Shown: positions 35,384-46,935 of the stretch, piece after piece | Layout: each line of letters opens with the position of its first letter | How positions within the stretch are numbered: the stretch's first letter is position 1 | Source: Candidatus Eiseniibacteriota bacterium | GTDB lineage: Bacteria; Eisenbacteria; RBG-16-71-46 | NCBI GenBank assembly: GCA_963776245.1 | Contig: CAVZLN010000005.1 | Span: 127,253-191,252, forward strand | Direction of reading: 5' to 3' | Length of the DNA: 64,000 bases | Program-made: the position numbers and the translations under genes | Notes under the pieces: generated by a model | The model's input: the letters and a program-made list of their open reading frames with translations, nothing else | Database searches by the model: none | What the model was told of the DNA's origin: nothing

Positions 35384-36328
35384 TCAGGACGCCCCGGTGC
35401 GCCCACGCCACTCGGCGAGCACGTCATCGAGGGTGCTCTCGAGCGGAATCGCGGCGCTCCAGCCAGTGGCGTCCATGATCGCGGACGGGTCACCGACCAG
35501 CCAGGAGAGGTCAACGGGGCGCATTCGCGTGGGATCGCTCTCGATGCGCACTGGCAGGCGTGCGCGTGCGACCAGCAGGCCAAGCACCTCCGCGAGCCGC
35601 ACACCTTCCCCGCGGCAGACGTTGTAGGCCGCGAGCCTCCAGCCGCGATCGAGCAGCGCGACGTATGCCCGCACCACATCGCGAACGTCAATCAGGTCCC
35701 GTGTCACTTCGAGATTGCCCACCCGCAGCACCGGTTCGGTCTGCCCTGCCTCGATACGCGCGATCTGCTCACACCAACCCGGGATGACAAAGCGCGGGGT
35801 CTGCCCGGGGCCGGTGTGACCGAAGGCACGCGCGACCACCACATCGAGTCCGTGTACGCGCGCGTGCGAGAGTGCCAGCGTCTCGGCCGCGGCCTTGGAG
35901 AGCCCATAGGGACTCACCGGTGAATGAGGAGCGTCCTCGCGTACGCGCGTGCCGGCAGCGCCTGAACCGTAGACCTCGCTGGAACTCACGAGCAGCATGC
36001 GCGCGCCCGGCACCACCCGGCGCATTGCCTCGGTCAGGTGCCAAGTCCCGGCGGCGTTGGTGCGGAAGGTGCCTTCGGGGTCTTGGAACGAGAGCGCCGC
36101 GCTGCTCTGGCCGGCCAGGTGCACGATCGCGTCGGGTCGCGCCGCCGCCACCGCCGCCTCGACCGTAGGTGGATCCAGAAGGTCGAGCGAGTGCCAGCCG
36201 GCCAGTTGCGTCCCGGCGGGAGGATTGCCTATACCCGCGCCCTGCACGCGTGCGCCGGACGCGGTGAGGGCGCGCACGAGGTGCGGGCCGACGAATCCGT
36301 TCGCGCCGGTGACGAGGACAATGGGCAC
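35384..36328 (-). CDS. GDP-sugar SDR, GDP-4-keto-6-deoxy-D-mannose reductase (Rmd)-like
   Basis: TGANGFVG, HLAGQSS, SPYGLSK, FGHTGPGQ, VGNLEVTRD. Confidence 0.8.
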   Translation of the reverse strand: MPIVLVTGANGFVGPHLVRALTASGARVQGAGIGNPPAGTQLAGWHSLDLLDPPTVEAAVAAARPDAIVHLAGQSSAALSFQDPEGTFRTNAAGTWHLTEAMRRVVPGARMLLVSSSEVYGSGAAGTRVREDAPHSPVSPYGLSKAAAETLALSHARVHGLDVVVARAFGHTGPGQTPRFVIPGWCEQIARIEAGQTEPVLRVGNLEVTRDLIDVRDVVRAYVALLDRGWRLAAYNVCRGEGVRLAEVLGLLVARARLPVRIESDPTRMRPVDLSWLVGDPSAIMDATGWSAAIPLESTLDDVLAEWRGRTGAS

Positions 36329-36329
36329 G

Positions 36330-37163
36330 TCAGCCTCGCGTCCCGCGCGGGGCGCGGCATACCGCCAGCTGAGTGATGACCAAGGCGTCCCCAGGATCGG
36401 TGGCGAGGATCTGGTAGCGCCTTGTCGGCAGCAAGTCCTCGAGTTGCTCCACGCGTGCGCGACCACGCAGGCGTTGCCCCCAGCGGCCGAGGCGCACAAG
36501 CGGGTTGGACCACAGCGCCGCAAGCGCCGGCTCCAGTTGCATTCTCTCGATGGGATCGAAGGTCTGGAATGCCAACTCGACCTCCGCGAACCATTCGAGT
36601 AGCAGGGCGCGGAATTCCGCCACTGCGTACTCGTGCTCATGGAATGCATTGGCGGATCGAGCGTCGGGGCGATTGCCTCGCAATCGGTTGATACCGATCC
36701 GGTTGGGGGTGCTGGTCACCAGCACGGCCCCGGGGGCAAGTAAGTCCGCGGCTCGCGCCAAGAATCGCCGTGGCTCGCGCAGATGTTCGAGGTTCTCTAG
36801 ATTGCAGATCAAGTCGTACGGCCCGGCTCCACCGGCCTGCTCGAGCGCCTGGCAGTCCTCGAGTACCCAGGTGATGGCCGGCCGCGCGAAACGGGCGCGA
36901 GCCACCTCGAGTGCCTCCTCGGAGAGGTCCACGGCGACGACCGATGCGGCGCCGCGGTCGGCGAGGAAGGCCGCGCCGTATCCCACGCCACACCCCGCGT
37001 CGAGCACGCGCGCTCCCGAGTGCAGGCGCTCGGCCGCAAAGGCGTAGCGCTGGAGGTGCTCAGGGTAGAGCTGGTCCCATTCTGGCGTGTCTGGAACGAT
37101 GCGCTCGATCTCGACGCCCGCCCGCCTTGCGACCGGGCGGGCTTCATCCGCACTGCGTCTCAT
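36330..37163 (-). CDS. Class I SAM-dependent methyltransferase
   Basis: EHLQRYAFA, VLDAGCGVGYG, ENLEHL, STPN, HEHEY. Confidence 0.9.
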   Translation of the reverse strand: MRRSADEARPVARRAGVEIERIVPDTPEWDQLYPEHLQRYAFAAERLHSGARVLDAGCGVGYGAAFLADRGAASVVAVDLSEEALEVARARFARPAITWVLEDCQALEQAGGAGPYDLICNLENLEHLREPRRFLARAADLLAPGAVLVTSTPNRIGINRLRGNRPDARSANAFHEHEYAVAEFRALLLEWFAEVELAFQTFDPIERMQLEPALAALWSNPLVRLGRWGQRLRGRARVEQLEDLLPTRRYQILATDPGDALVITQLAVCRAPRGTRG

Positions 37164-37166
37164 CGC

Positions 37167-38225
37167 TTAGGCCTCCCTCGTCAGCACCGCTTCCAATTGG
37201 TCGGTCGCCGCATCCCACGAGTAGCGCCGCGCCAGCGCGAGACCGGCTCCCGCCACCGCAGCGCGACGTGCCGGATCGCGCACCAGCTCCAGTGCGGCGG
37301 CGGCCAGCGCCGCCGGGGCTCTCGGCGGCACCATGATGTACTCCTCTCCCGGGCGTCCCATCTCGGGCACCTCGCCCACCGCGGTTGCGACGAGCGCGCA
37401 CCCACAGGCCATCGCCTCAAGTGTGACGAGCGAGAACCCCTCCGAATGACTTGAGTTCAAGAACACGTCGGCCTCGCCATAGAGCCCGGGAAGGTCGCGC
37501 TGACGCGGGCAGCGCGAGTAACGCGCTCCCGGGGGGAGTGCGTGGCGCAAGCGCGGACGGCCGAACAGCACGAAGCCCAGCGACGGTTCCGCGCGGTGCA
37601 TCCCCCACAGTGCGGCTATTCCGTCTGCGCCGCCCTTCCACGAGGCGGTGTCGTACATCATCCCCACCCGAATGGGTCCCGGCGCGCGGGCAGCCGGCGG
37701 TGAAAAACGCCGCGCGTCAACTCCGTTCGGGATCCTCGCCCATACGTCAACAGCGAACCGCTCGCGCGCGAACCGTTCGAGCCAGTGCGCGATGACGATG
37801 CGACGCAGCGGCAGTGTCCAAGTGTGGTCAACGCGGGGCCCCTCGCTTTCGCCCCAAGCCTCATACTGCTGGATGAGATAGTACCCGCGCCCGGCGCCCG
37901 CGGGCATTCTATGGACCCATTCCGCCGTGGGCCATGCGGTCGCGATCACCGCGTCTCCGGCCGGGACGCTCAAGAGATCGGCCGGATCGAATCGGGTCAC
38001 AGCGTCCTCGAGCCCGTAGGCGCGCAGTCCGTCGCGCACGCCGCCCAACCAGCGTTCATAGGCGTAGCGCTTCCAAGCGACTGGCGAGAGGTCGGCCGGC
38101 GGGCGCAGCCGAGGCACGAGCAACCGGACTTCGTGGCCCCGCTGCCGCAGGCGGCAGGCGTGCTCCAGCACCACCCGAAGCCCGCCCGTAAGGACGAGCG
38201 ACTGATTGACGAAGGTGACCCTCAC
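37167..38225 (-). CDS. GT4 glycosyltransferase
   Basis: TGGLRVV, IATAWPTA, IQQYE, SEGFSLVTLEAMACG. Confidence 0.9.
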   Translation of the reverse strand: MRVTFVNQSLVLTGGLRVVLEHACRLRQRGHEVRLLVPRLRPPADLSPVAWKRYAYERWLGGVRDGLRAYGLEDAVTRFDPADLLSVPAGDAVIATAWPTAEWVHRMPAGAGRGYYLIQQYEAWGESEGPRVDHTWTLPLRRIVIAHWLERFARERFAVDVWARIPNGVDARRFSPPAARAPGPIRVGMMYDTASWKGGADGIAALWGMHRAEPSLGFVLFGRPRLRHALPPGARYSRCPRQRDLPGLYGEADVFLNSSHSEGFSLVTLEAMACGCALVATAVGEVPEMGRPGEEYIMVPPRAPAALAAAALELVRDPARRAAVAGAGLALARRYSWDAATDQLEAVLTREA

Positions 38226-39772
38226 AACGGCTCCCGAGCGACGTTTCCCCGCGTGGTGAGCAGCGCCAGCGCCTCGCGCCAGGGCAGGTAACGCAGGATA
38301 ACCAGGGTAGTGAGCCCGGCTGCCCCGGCCCCCACGGCGCACGTCAGCAGCGCGAGCCACGCAGTGGTGCCGTGTCCGCCGGGCAGCAGGCGGTCCAGCG
38401 CGGCACCGGCGGATGCGGCAACGAGTGTGGCCAGCGCCGGGACAACCCACGGCGACAGAACAGTGCTGAGGCTCCAGTGCATCAGCCGTGCGAGCTGTAC
38501 GGCGAAGACCAGGGCTCCGATCAGCACACCCGCCGTAATGGCGAGCAAGGCACCGGGCATACCGATCCGGGGCAGCAGCAGCACGCTCAGCGCCAGGTGA
38601 AGACCCACCGCGATCGTCGCGAACCAGGCCTCGAGATCAGTACGTCCGGCAGCACGCGCGACGGTCGTGCCCATTCCGGTAGCCAATGAGACCCACCCGC
38701 TGACCGCGAGCGCGCGCAACACGAGCACCGCCTCGCCGTGCCCCGGCCCGAGCCACACTTCAAACAACCGGGCCCCGACGCCAATCAACGGACCAACGAT
38801 CACCGTGACGCCACTCATCAGATAGCGGCTGCCGCGGTCGTAGAGTTGACGCGTGCGCGCGTTGTCACCTATCGCGTGCATCGCAGACGCCTCAGGCAGG
38901 ACCGCCAACAGCATCAGCTGGGGCAAAGAGCTGGCTACCGTCGAGACGCGCGAGCCCAACTCGTATGGCGCCACTGCCGCGAGCCCGACGAAGCGAGAGA
39001 GCAGGAGCTTGTCGAGATGAACGTTGAAGGCCGCCAGAGTACTGGTGAACTGCATCGGCGCCCCGAAGCGGAGCGCCTCGCGCACGTGCACGATCGCCGC
39101 GACCGGTGAGCCCCAGCGAAAGGCCGGCACCGCCCAGGTCAACAGCGCGGCGCCCATCAGCGCTCCGGTCGCCCAAGCCAGTGCCACTCCCGCCACCAGG
39201 CCGATGAAACCCCAGTGGCCATGCAGTGCGAGCGCAAACACCAGCGCCTGAAGCAGAGTCATGGCGAGAAGGATCCCGTTGGCACGGTCGAACCGTCCAT
39301 AGGCCTGCATGGTCGCCAGGCACACGTTAGCCACGCCCGCGAGCGCGAACACCCCCGCGCCGGCGAGCATCGCGAACCGTGCCATTCCGATCGTCGCCGG
39401 TGGGATACGCAGCCAGGCCAGCACCGGCTCGCGAGCGAGCGCCACCACGGCGAGCCAGACGAGGCTGAGCGCGAGGTATCCGAGGAGCCCGAGCGTGGCG
39501 TGCGCGCCGGCCTCGTCGTGCCGTCCCCGCTCACGCGCGCCCGCGACGTGGCGCATCGTGCCCTGCACCAGTCCGAAGTCGAGCGCCGCAAGGTACCCGG
39601 TGAGGGCAAAGAAGAGTGACCACACCGCGAAGCCCTCGGCGCCCAGCGTGCGCAGGATGGGCGGTGTGAACACGATCCACACCACCATCGCCGCGACGCG
39701 ACCGCTGGCCGCGTGCAGGGTGTTGGCGACGAGCCGTCGGCCGAGGCCGGTGGGCGCGCCAGCCGCCATCAT
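38222..39772 (-). CDS. Wzx flippase (second copy)
   Basis: TPPILRTLG, LDFGL, HLDKLLLSRFVG, about 14 TM. Confidence 0.88.
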   Translation of the reverse strand: MMAAGAPTGLGRRLVANTLHAASGRVAAMVVWIVFTPPILRTLGAEGFAVWSLFFALTGYLAALDFGLVQGTMRHVAGARERGRHDEAGAHATLGLLGYLALSLVWLAVVALAREPVLAWLRIPPATIGMARFAMLAGAGVFALAGVANVCLATMQAYGRFDRANGILLAMTLLQALVFALALHGHWGFIGLVAGVALAWATGALMGAALLTWAVPAFRWGSPVAAIVHVREALRFGAPMQFTSTLAAFNVHLDKLLLSRFVGLAAVAPYELGSRVSTVASSLPQLMLLAVLPEASAMHAIGDNARTRQLYDRGSRYLMSGVTVIVGPLIGVGARLFEVWLGPGHGEAVLVLRALAVSGWVSLATGMGTTVARAAGRTDLEAWFATIAVGLHLALSVLLLPRIGMPGALLAITAGVLIGALVFAVQLARLMHWSLSTVLSPWVVPALATLVAASAGAALDRLLPGGHGTTAWLALLTCAVGAGAAGLTTLVILRYLPWREALALLTTRGNVAREPL

Positions 39773-39827
39773 GTCCCGATCCCGAGGTGGTGCTGGTGCA
39801 CCGCTTGGTTCACGGTGACGTCGCGGC

Positions 39828-40781
39828 TCACCGCGCCCGCCAGTGCTCCAGCATGTCGGCGAGCGTCCGCTCGAACGGGATGGTGGGCTCCCAGCCGGAC
39901 ACCTGGTGGAACTTCGAGGCGTCGCCGAGCAGGATGGGCACGTCGCTGGGCCGCAGCCGCGCCGGGTCCTGGCGCACCTCGATCTTCGCCTTGGACAGTC
40001 CGAGCAGATGGTCGAGCACCGCGCGGATGCTCCACGCCTTGCCCGAGCACAGGTTGTACACCTCGCCCGCCTCGCCCTTCTCGAGCGCCAGCCAGTACGC
40101 CTTCACCATGTCGCGCACGTCGGTGAAGTCGCGCTTCGCGTCGAGATTGCCGACGTGGAGCACCGGCGCCTTGCGCCCCTTCTCGATGTCGGCGATCTGC
40201 TTGGCGAAGTCCGAGGCCACGAACACCGGCCCGCGGCGCGGGCCCTCGTGGTTGAAGCCGCGGGTGCGCACGCAGTCGAGCTTCCACGACATCCAGTACT
40301 GGTAGCCGAGGTAGTCCTGGGTGACCTTGCTCACCGCGTAGGGCGAGAGCGGGCGCAGCGGGTTGGTCTCGCGGATCGGCACCTCGTCCGGGTAGACCAT
40401 GCCGTACTCCTCGCTCGAGCACGCCAACTGGATGCGGCAGTCGAGGCCGACGCGGCGCACCGCCTCGAACAGGTTGACCTGGCCGAGGATGTTGGTGCTC
40501 AGCGACTCGGTGGGCGCGATCCACGAGGTGGGCACGAACGATTGCGCCGCGAGGTGGAAGATCCACTCGGGCCGCACCTGCTCGATGGTGCGCAGCGTGG
40601 ACGCGGCGTCGCGCAGGTCGCACTCGTGGAGCGCGATGCGGTCCATGAAGTGCTCGATGTTCTCGGTGCGGCTGCGCCAGCGGTGGATACCGTGGATCTC
40701 GCAGCCGCCCCGCGCGAGCATGTAGTCGACGAGATGGCTGCCGGCGAAGCCGGTCACACCGGTCACGAGCACACGGCGCAT
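39828..40781 (-). CDS. GDP-mannose 4,6-dehydratase family SDR
   Basis: TGVTGFAGSHL, HLAAQSFV, SSEEYG, SPYAVSK, FNHEGPRRG, GNLDAKRD. Confidence 0.88.
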   Translation of the reverse strand: MRRVLVTGVTGFAGSHLVDYMLARGGCEIHGIHRWRSRTENIEHFMDRIALHECDLRDAASTLRTIEQVRPEWIFHLAAQSFVPTSWIAPTESLSTNILGQVNLFEAVRRVGLDCRIQLACSSEEYGMVYPDEVPIRETNPLRPLSPYAVSKVTQDYLGYQYWMSWKLDCVRTRGFNHEGPRRGPVFVASDFAKQIADIEKGRKAPVLHVGNLDAKRDFTDVRDMVKAYWLALEKGEAGEVYNLCSGKAWSIRAVLDHLLGLSKAKIEVRQDPARLRPSDVPILLGDASKFHQVSGWEPTIPFERTLADMLEHWRAR

Positions 40782-40878
40782 GGAGGCTCCTCGGTTGGGA
40801 ATCGGCGGGGTCGGATTCGGGGCACCAAGGTATGGGTTCACTTCACCGCGGTCAATCGAGACCGCGTGGCCGCACGCC

Positions 40879-42015
40879 TCACACCACGTCGGTGTCGCCC
40901 CAGGTGATGTACCAGTTCGACGGGTCCCCGAGCAGCGCCTCGGCGGTGTCGGCCGCCAGCCGGCGCACGCCGAAGTGGATCTCCTGCGGCAGCAGCAGCG
41001 CGGGCACGGTGAAGAAGCCCGCCGCGCGCAGCACGCGCCGCGCCTCGGTGCCGGGGTACATGAGCGCGGTCGCCAGTTGCGCGCCCTCGGCGGCCAGCGC
41101 GCGCTCGGCCACGCTCACCAGCGCCACGCCCACCTCGGGGCGCGACTCCTCGAACAGCAGGTCCATCACGAACCCGCTGCGCATCGAGAAGCGCTGCTCG
41201 ATCAGGGTGACCACGTAGCCCGCCAGTTCGGCCCCCTCCCACAGCAGGTGGATGCGATAGAGCCCGCCCTCGGGGTTGGTGACGTAGCGCCAGTCGAGGT
41301 AGGCCCGATCGCGCACCACCGCGATGCGCTTGCCGACGCGTGCCCGTCGCCAGAGCGCGTCGGCCTCCGGTGGGAAAATGACCGCGGTCTCGACGCGATA
41401 GCGCATCGGGACCGCCGCGGGGCGGGGCCGGATGACGCCGGCGAGCGGCTCGAGCGCCGCGGCGAGCCACCCGGGCACCCCGCGCGCGGCGAGCACGGTG
41501 CGCGCGGCGCCGGCCAGCGGCTTGACCAGCAGCGGGAACGGCGCCAGCTCCACCCAGCCGAGCTTGTGGAAGAAGCTCGGCGCCGAGGCCGAGTTCGGGA
41601 ACCCGAACACCGCGAAGAAGCCCTGGTCCGCGAGCTCGCCGTAGAGCTGCCGGGCCAGCCGCGGGAACAGTCCGCGCCCGCGGAACGCCGCGTCGGTCGC
41701 GGTGTCGAGCGAGAGCGCGCCGTCGCGCACCACGCCCTCCACCTGCACGGTGAGCGGGAGCACCGCGTACTGCGCGGCGAGCGTGTCGCCCGACTCGGCG
41801 AGCAGGATGCCCATCTTGCCGTTGGGGTTCTGGGTGAACTCCCAGCGCCAGTGGTGAGCGCTCTCGGTGCGCCCCATGGTGCGTCCGAAGGTGCGCTCGT
41901 AGAGCTCGATGATGCGGGCCTCGTCCCCCGCGCGATACGGACGGGTGGTGCACTCCCCTCCGGCGCGCGGCGGGGGCGCCGTCGCCGCGTCCGCGACCTT
42001 CATGTCCTTCGCCAT
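40879..42015 (-). CDS. GNAT family acetyltransferase-like protein
   Basis: WRWEFTQNP, DTATDAAFRGRGLF, GFPN, YLDWRY, GDTD terminus. Confidence 0.8.
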   Translation of the reverse strand: MAKDMKVADAATAPPPRAGGECTTRPYRAGDEARIIELYERTFGRTMGRTESAHHWRWEFTQNPNGKMGILLAESGDTLAAQYAVLPLTVQVEGVVRDGALSLDTATDAAFRGRGLFPRLARQLYGELADQGFFAVFGFPNSASAPSFFHKLGWVELAPFPLLVKPLAGAARTVLAARGVPGWLAAALEPLAGVIRPRPAAVPMRYRVETAVIFPPEADALWRRARVGKRIAVVRDRAYLDWRYVTNPEGGLYRIHLLWEGAELAGYVVTLIEQRFSMRSGFVMDLLFEESRPEVGVALVSVAERALAAEGAQLATALMYPGTEARRVLRAAGFFTVPALLLPQEIHFGVRRLAADTAEALLGDPSNWYITWGDTDVV

Positions 42016-43203
42016 CAAGCCTCCCCCCCGGCGGCGCCGGCCGCGAGGCGCTCGAGGCGCACCACGGCGGTGTCCCAACTGAAGTGCTCGCGCACGTGGG
42101 CGCGGGCGCGGCACGCCCGTTCGGCGGCCGCCGCGGGCTCGCGCAGCACCTCGACCACCGCGGCCGCCAGTCCCGGCGCGTCCGCGCCGGTGAGCAGCGT
42201 CTCCCCCGCCCGCGCGTGGATGGCGTCGGCCACCGCCGGCACGGTGACCACCGGCACACCCGCGGCCATCGCCTCGAGCACCTTGTTCTGGATCCCGGTC
42301 GCGAACCGCAGCGGCGCGAGCAGCACGTGGGCCGACTCCCAGACCGCGCGCAGGTCGGGGAGCGTGCCCGTGACCTCGACCCCTCGAGTGCCACGAGGCG
42401 CCGCACCGCCGGCGCGGGGTCGGCCCCCGCGAGCACCAGGCGCACACCGGGGCGCGCCGCGCGCAGCAGCGGCAGCACCTCGCGCGCGGCGAACACCGCG
42501 GCGTCGATGTTGTGCGGCACCGAGAGGTTGCCGAGGAACACCACCCGTGGCTCGGGCGCCGGACGGCGCGCGAGGTCGAACAGGCGCTCGTCCACGCCAT
42601 GGGTGACGAGCGCGCACGCGTTCGCAGCCGACGCGCTCGAGGTCGGCGACATCCGCAGGCGAGATCGCCCACATCTCGCGGAAGCGCCGGCTCGCGCGCG
42701 CCTCGAACGCGTCCACGCGCCGGCGCTCCCAGCGGATGCCGGGCCGCTTCCACGCGGGCTCGAACCTTAGCGAGCGCTCGAGGATCAGCCCGAGCGAGTC
42801 GGCCACCCACAGCACCTTGGCCGGATGGTCCACCTCGCTCACGTGGTTCGCCATCCGGATGGGTGGGTGAAGATCGCGTCGAACCGCTGTTCGGCCAACA
42901 CCGCGCGAGATCGTCCGGCGCATCGCTTCGCGAGGCGTAGTACGACACCTGCGAGGGCTCCGGCGACGCCAGCCCCAGCCATGCCTGCGCCCATGAGCGC
43001 GCCGGCGACAGGTGCACGGTCTCGAGCCGCGCGCAGTGCTCGGCCACCGCCGCGCGCGCCGCGGGCGACTCGCGGCCGTCCACGAACGAGATCAGCGTCA
43101 CGCGGTGGCGCGCCGACATCGCGCGCAGCAGGTTGAACACCGTGAGCCGGTCCCCGCGGTCGGGCGGAAAGGGAAAACGACTGCACACGGTCAGGATGTT
43201 CAT
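42015..43203 (-). CDS. GT4 sugar transferase (TIGR03087-like), several frameshifts
   Basis: RFPFPPDRGDRL, FLGNLSVPHNIDA, APLRFATGIQNKVLEAMA. Confidence 0.82.
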
Positions 43204-43248
43204 GTCCGCGACACCGCGCATCCACGCGGACGTGGCCGGGGCGCGCCG

Positions 43249-44074
43249 TCAGCCCACACCCAGCACCTCCCGCATGGGCGCGAAGCGGAAGTCGCGCAGC
43301 AGCCGGTGCAGCCGGCGCTCGGTGGCGCCGAGATTGATGTAGTGGGTGAGCGCGATGCGCCGCGGCAGGGGGATGCGGGGATGCTTCGGATCGAGCTCCC
43401 ACGGGTGCACGTAGAACACCGCCGCGTGCCCCTCGGCGTTGACGGCGCGGAACGCAGCCGCGTGAGGGCGTACGGGTAGATGCGGAAGTACGCGCCCCCG
43501 GCCACCGGGACGTTCTTGCCGAGCACGCGCGCGGTCGTGATCGGGAACTCCATGAGCGTGCGCCCGCCGCGCTCGACGGCGTGAGGCCAGCGCGGGGAGT
43601 CCTCGATGCCGTAGCGGTAGTTCCGGACCGGATGGATGCTCGAGTCGTAGCGCAGCCCGAGGTCCAGCAGCAGGTCGAGCACCCACAGCGAATCGCGCGT
43701 CACCGAGAAGAACGGGGCGCGGTGACCCACCACCTTCGCGCCGGTGAGCTCTTCGACAGCCCCGATCGAGCGCACCAGCTCGTCGCGGTAGGCCGCCGGG
43801 GTCAGTCGTACACCAGCGTGTGCGACCGGCCGTGGGTGCCAGCTCGTGCCCGCCGCGACGATCTCGCGCACCAGCTCGGGGTGGCGCTCGGCGACGTGGC
43901 CGAGCACGAAGAAGGTGGCACGCGTCGGTGGGCCGCGAGCAGGTCCAGCAGCCGGCGCGTGGACGCGGCGAGGCGGTCCTCGAAGGCGTCCCAGCGCTCG
44001 AGCGGGATCTCGAGCCCCTGGAACCAGTCCTCGAAGTCCACCGTGAGGGCGTTGAGCGTGGCCGGAGCGCTCAC
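43249..44074 (-). CDS. Polysaccharide deacetylase (XrtA/PEP-CTERM locus type), frameshifted
   Basis: NALTVDFEDWFQ, ATFFVLG, GHRAPFFS, YDSSIHP, GGAYFR, YVHPWELDP. Confidence 0.85.
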
Positions 44075-45229
44075 CGCTTCGCCTTGCCGCTTCCCGCCCG
44101 CTTCGGGGCCGCGCCCTTGCGCGGCGTCGGGCCACTCCGGGCGCTCGGGCAGCTCGGCCACCGTCACCGCGCGCGCGGCCAGCGCCCAGTCGGCGCTCTC
44201 GGGCACCGGCCGCGCGAGCGTGCGCGCGAACGCGGCGATGGTGCGCCGCGCCGCGGTGCGATACGCGTCCTCGCCCGCGACGCTCGCCAGTTCCGCCAGG
44301 AACAGCGCGGCGCGCGCGTTCTCCCACGACTCGCGCGGCGCGCGGCGCAGCTTCCCGCGCTTGTCGGGGTAGGCCTGGGTCAGGAAGCCGCCCTGCTCGT
44401 GGTCCTCGTACCAGCGCAGCATGCGGTCCGCGAGCGCGCGCGCGCTGGCGAGGTCGGCGGCGCGGCCGGCGAGGTGCGCGGCGAGCAGGCAGGCGCGCCC
44501 CATCTCGACCTGGTCGATGAGCTGCGGGGGCTTGAGCAGCTCGCCGAAGCTGCCGCGGCGCACCACACCGAAGCTGGTGTCGGTGCAGGTCGCGAACACG
44601 CGGTCGATGCTGCGCAGCGCGAACCCGCGCGCCCGCAGGTCGTTCGTCGCCGCGGCCCAGCGCAGCCACGCGTGGATCGCGAGCCCGTTGTCGGCGGGCA
44701 CCAGATCGCGGTCGCCGACCTGCGCGGCGACGAACCCGCCGCGACCGTCGGCGAGCACCCGCTCCATGAAGTCCACCACCCGCGCGGCGCGGGCGCGCGC
44801 GCGCGTGGCGCCGGTGAGCTGCCACGCGTCGACCAGCGCCTCGAGCCGGCGCGCGTTCACGTCGGTGCGCTTCTCGAACGCGGTGTTGCCCTTCGCGGTG
44901 TCGCGCGCGCGGCCGAAGAAGCCGCCGGTCAGCGTGTCCTGGAGCGTCCAGGTCCAGTCCACCATCGCCAGCCCCCGCACGCGCCACGCGTCGCCCGCGG
45001 CGCCGGTGCCGGTGCGCGCCAGCCGCAGGGCGAGGTCCGCGGCGCCATCCAGCGGCGTGCCGTCCTTCGCCACCCACGCATGGCGCGCGGTGTCGTACTG
45101 CGATGCCACGTGCTCCGCCAGCCGGGTGGCGAGCGCGCGCTCGTCGAGCAGCAGCGGCGCCGCCGCGCGCGCCGGCACGGCGGACATGGCGAGCGCCAGC
45201 GCGGCGAGCGTCAGCGGGACTGCCTTCAT
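44071..45229 (-). CDS. Secreted protein, probable (alpha/alpha)6 six-hairpin fold (YyaL C-terminal-like); frameshift near 44130
   Basis: Signal peptide; LQD..TGGFF, FEK..D.NA, D...GGF helical repeats. Confidence 0.65.
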
Positions 45230-45290
45230 CGCACCCCTCCCTGGATCGTGAACGCGGGCGGCGCCGCGGTCCGGACGCCGCCGCCCCCGG

Positions 45291-46935
45291 CTAGCGCTTC
45301 ACGCGGTCGAGCCACTCCGCGGCCTGATTGCGCGCCCGGCCGGTGGAAGCGCGCGCGATGTACGCGGTGAGCGCGTCCTCGGCGGCGATGGCGCGCCGGT
45401 AGTCGGGCCCGATCACCCACGCGCGATAGCGCGCCTCGGCGATGCGCCGGCGCACGCGCGATCTCGCTGGCGTCCCCCGCGCGCGCTGCGCAACACCCGC
45501 TCCCACTGCGACGCCGCGTCGTCGAAGTGCGCCGCGGAGCGCGTGCGGGTGGCCACGCGCGTGAGCCGCTGCGCCTCCTCCACCACCGCCTTCACCGTGT
45601 CGGGCAGGTGCGAGAACGTCGCCGGGGCGCTGCGCTTCGTCGGCCGCCTGGGACGCCATCGATTCCTCGACCGGCGCCGGCGCCGGCGCCTCGGCGCTGG
45701 GGCTGAGCGAGTTCATGGCCGGTCCGGGCGCCGGCCGCACCTCCGGTTGCACGCCGATCGCCAGCGGCTGGCTGAGCACCGTGACCGGCTTGAGGGCGAG
45801 TGCCAACTCCGGGGTCTGGACATCCACCTTCACGGTGCGCCGCAGTTGCTGGAACCCCACCGCCATGACGCTCACGGTGCGCATGCCCGCGGGCGCCGTC
45901 ATGCAGAAGCGCCCGCCGCGATCGGTGCTGACGCTCAGCCCGAGATCGGCCAGCACCACCTGCGCGCCCGCGACCGCGCGGCCCTGGTCGTCCACCACCG
46001 AGCCGCACAGCAGCCCGCGCGCGGTCTCGGCCTGGAGCTGGAGCGCGCCCGACTTGGCGCGCGCGGGCGTCGGAGCGGCCGGCGCGGGCGCCGCGGCGCG
46101 GGTGTCCCGCGGCACACCCTGCAGGGCCTGCATCGGCAGGGCGCGGGTGGGCTTGCGCACGGTCACGCCCGCGCCCTCGGGGGGCGCTGCGGGCGCGGCA
46201 GGCGCCGGGGTGGCGTCGCGTCGCGGAGCCAGCGCGCGCGGCGGGTTCACCGGCAGATCGTCGCCCCCGACGGTGGGACGCACCTCGTAGGCGCGCTTGG
46301 GGCTGGCGCGCTCCTCGCGCGCGGCGGCCGAGGGCGGCGCCACCATGGCGTCAGCCACCGGCGGGGCGGGCGATGTGGTGGAGGTGGACTGGGACACAGA
46401 ACCGCCCGTCCCCGGAGCGGACGAGGCGGCCGGGGGCGCGGACTTCTCAGCCGGCGGGACCGCGGCCTCCTGCGCCCTCGGACGGGCGGGTTCCGGTGCG
46501 GCAGTGTTCGCGCGCTCCGAACTCGGCGGCGCGCCGCCCCGCGGCGCCAGCGCGCCCAGGAGATCCACCCCCGGCTGGCGCGCGACCACCACCACGATCC
46601 GCCGCCGCCACCGCGAGGGTGGCGAGCCCGGTCGCCCACGGCAGCCAGCGCGCGGCCGCCCCTCCCGCGCGCGGCGGGGCCACCGGCGCTCCCGCGGCGC
46701 GCGCCGGCTCGCGCGCGATGCGCTCCGCCACGCGGTCGGCGAAGGTGGCGAAGTAGTCGTCGCCGGGATCGTGCGCGAGTGCCCGCCCCAGCGCGGTGGT
46801 ATCGCGCACCATGCGCTCGTACGCGATCCGGCACTCCACGCAGTCCGCCAGGTGGAGGGCCGCGCGCTCGAGGGCGCGCCCGGTGAGCGCGCCGTCGGCG
46901 TGGGCGCTCAACTGCTCCTGGCTCAGGTGGCTCAT
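45291..46935 (-). CDS. Zinc-finger (zf-HC2) anti-sigma factor with TM, Pro/Ala linker, carboxypeptidase-regulatory-like domain and helical C-terminus (frameshifted)
   Basis: H...HLADCVEC; G.VVDDQGRAVAGAQV...TDRGGRF. Confidence 0.75.

Noticed and set aside
40879..43221. Apparent GT-GNAT fusion (780 aa)
   Set aside because: The middle is off-frame nonsense; the GT4 ends at 42015 in another frame
43802..45229. Apparent six-hairpin-deacetylase fusion
   Set aside because: A one-base shift near 44130 gives a natural ...GKAKR stop overlapping the deacetylase GTG
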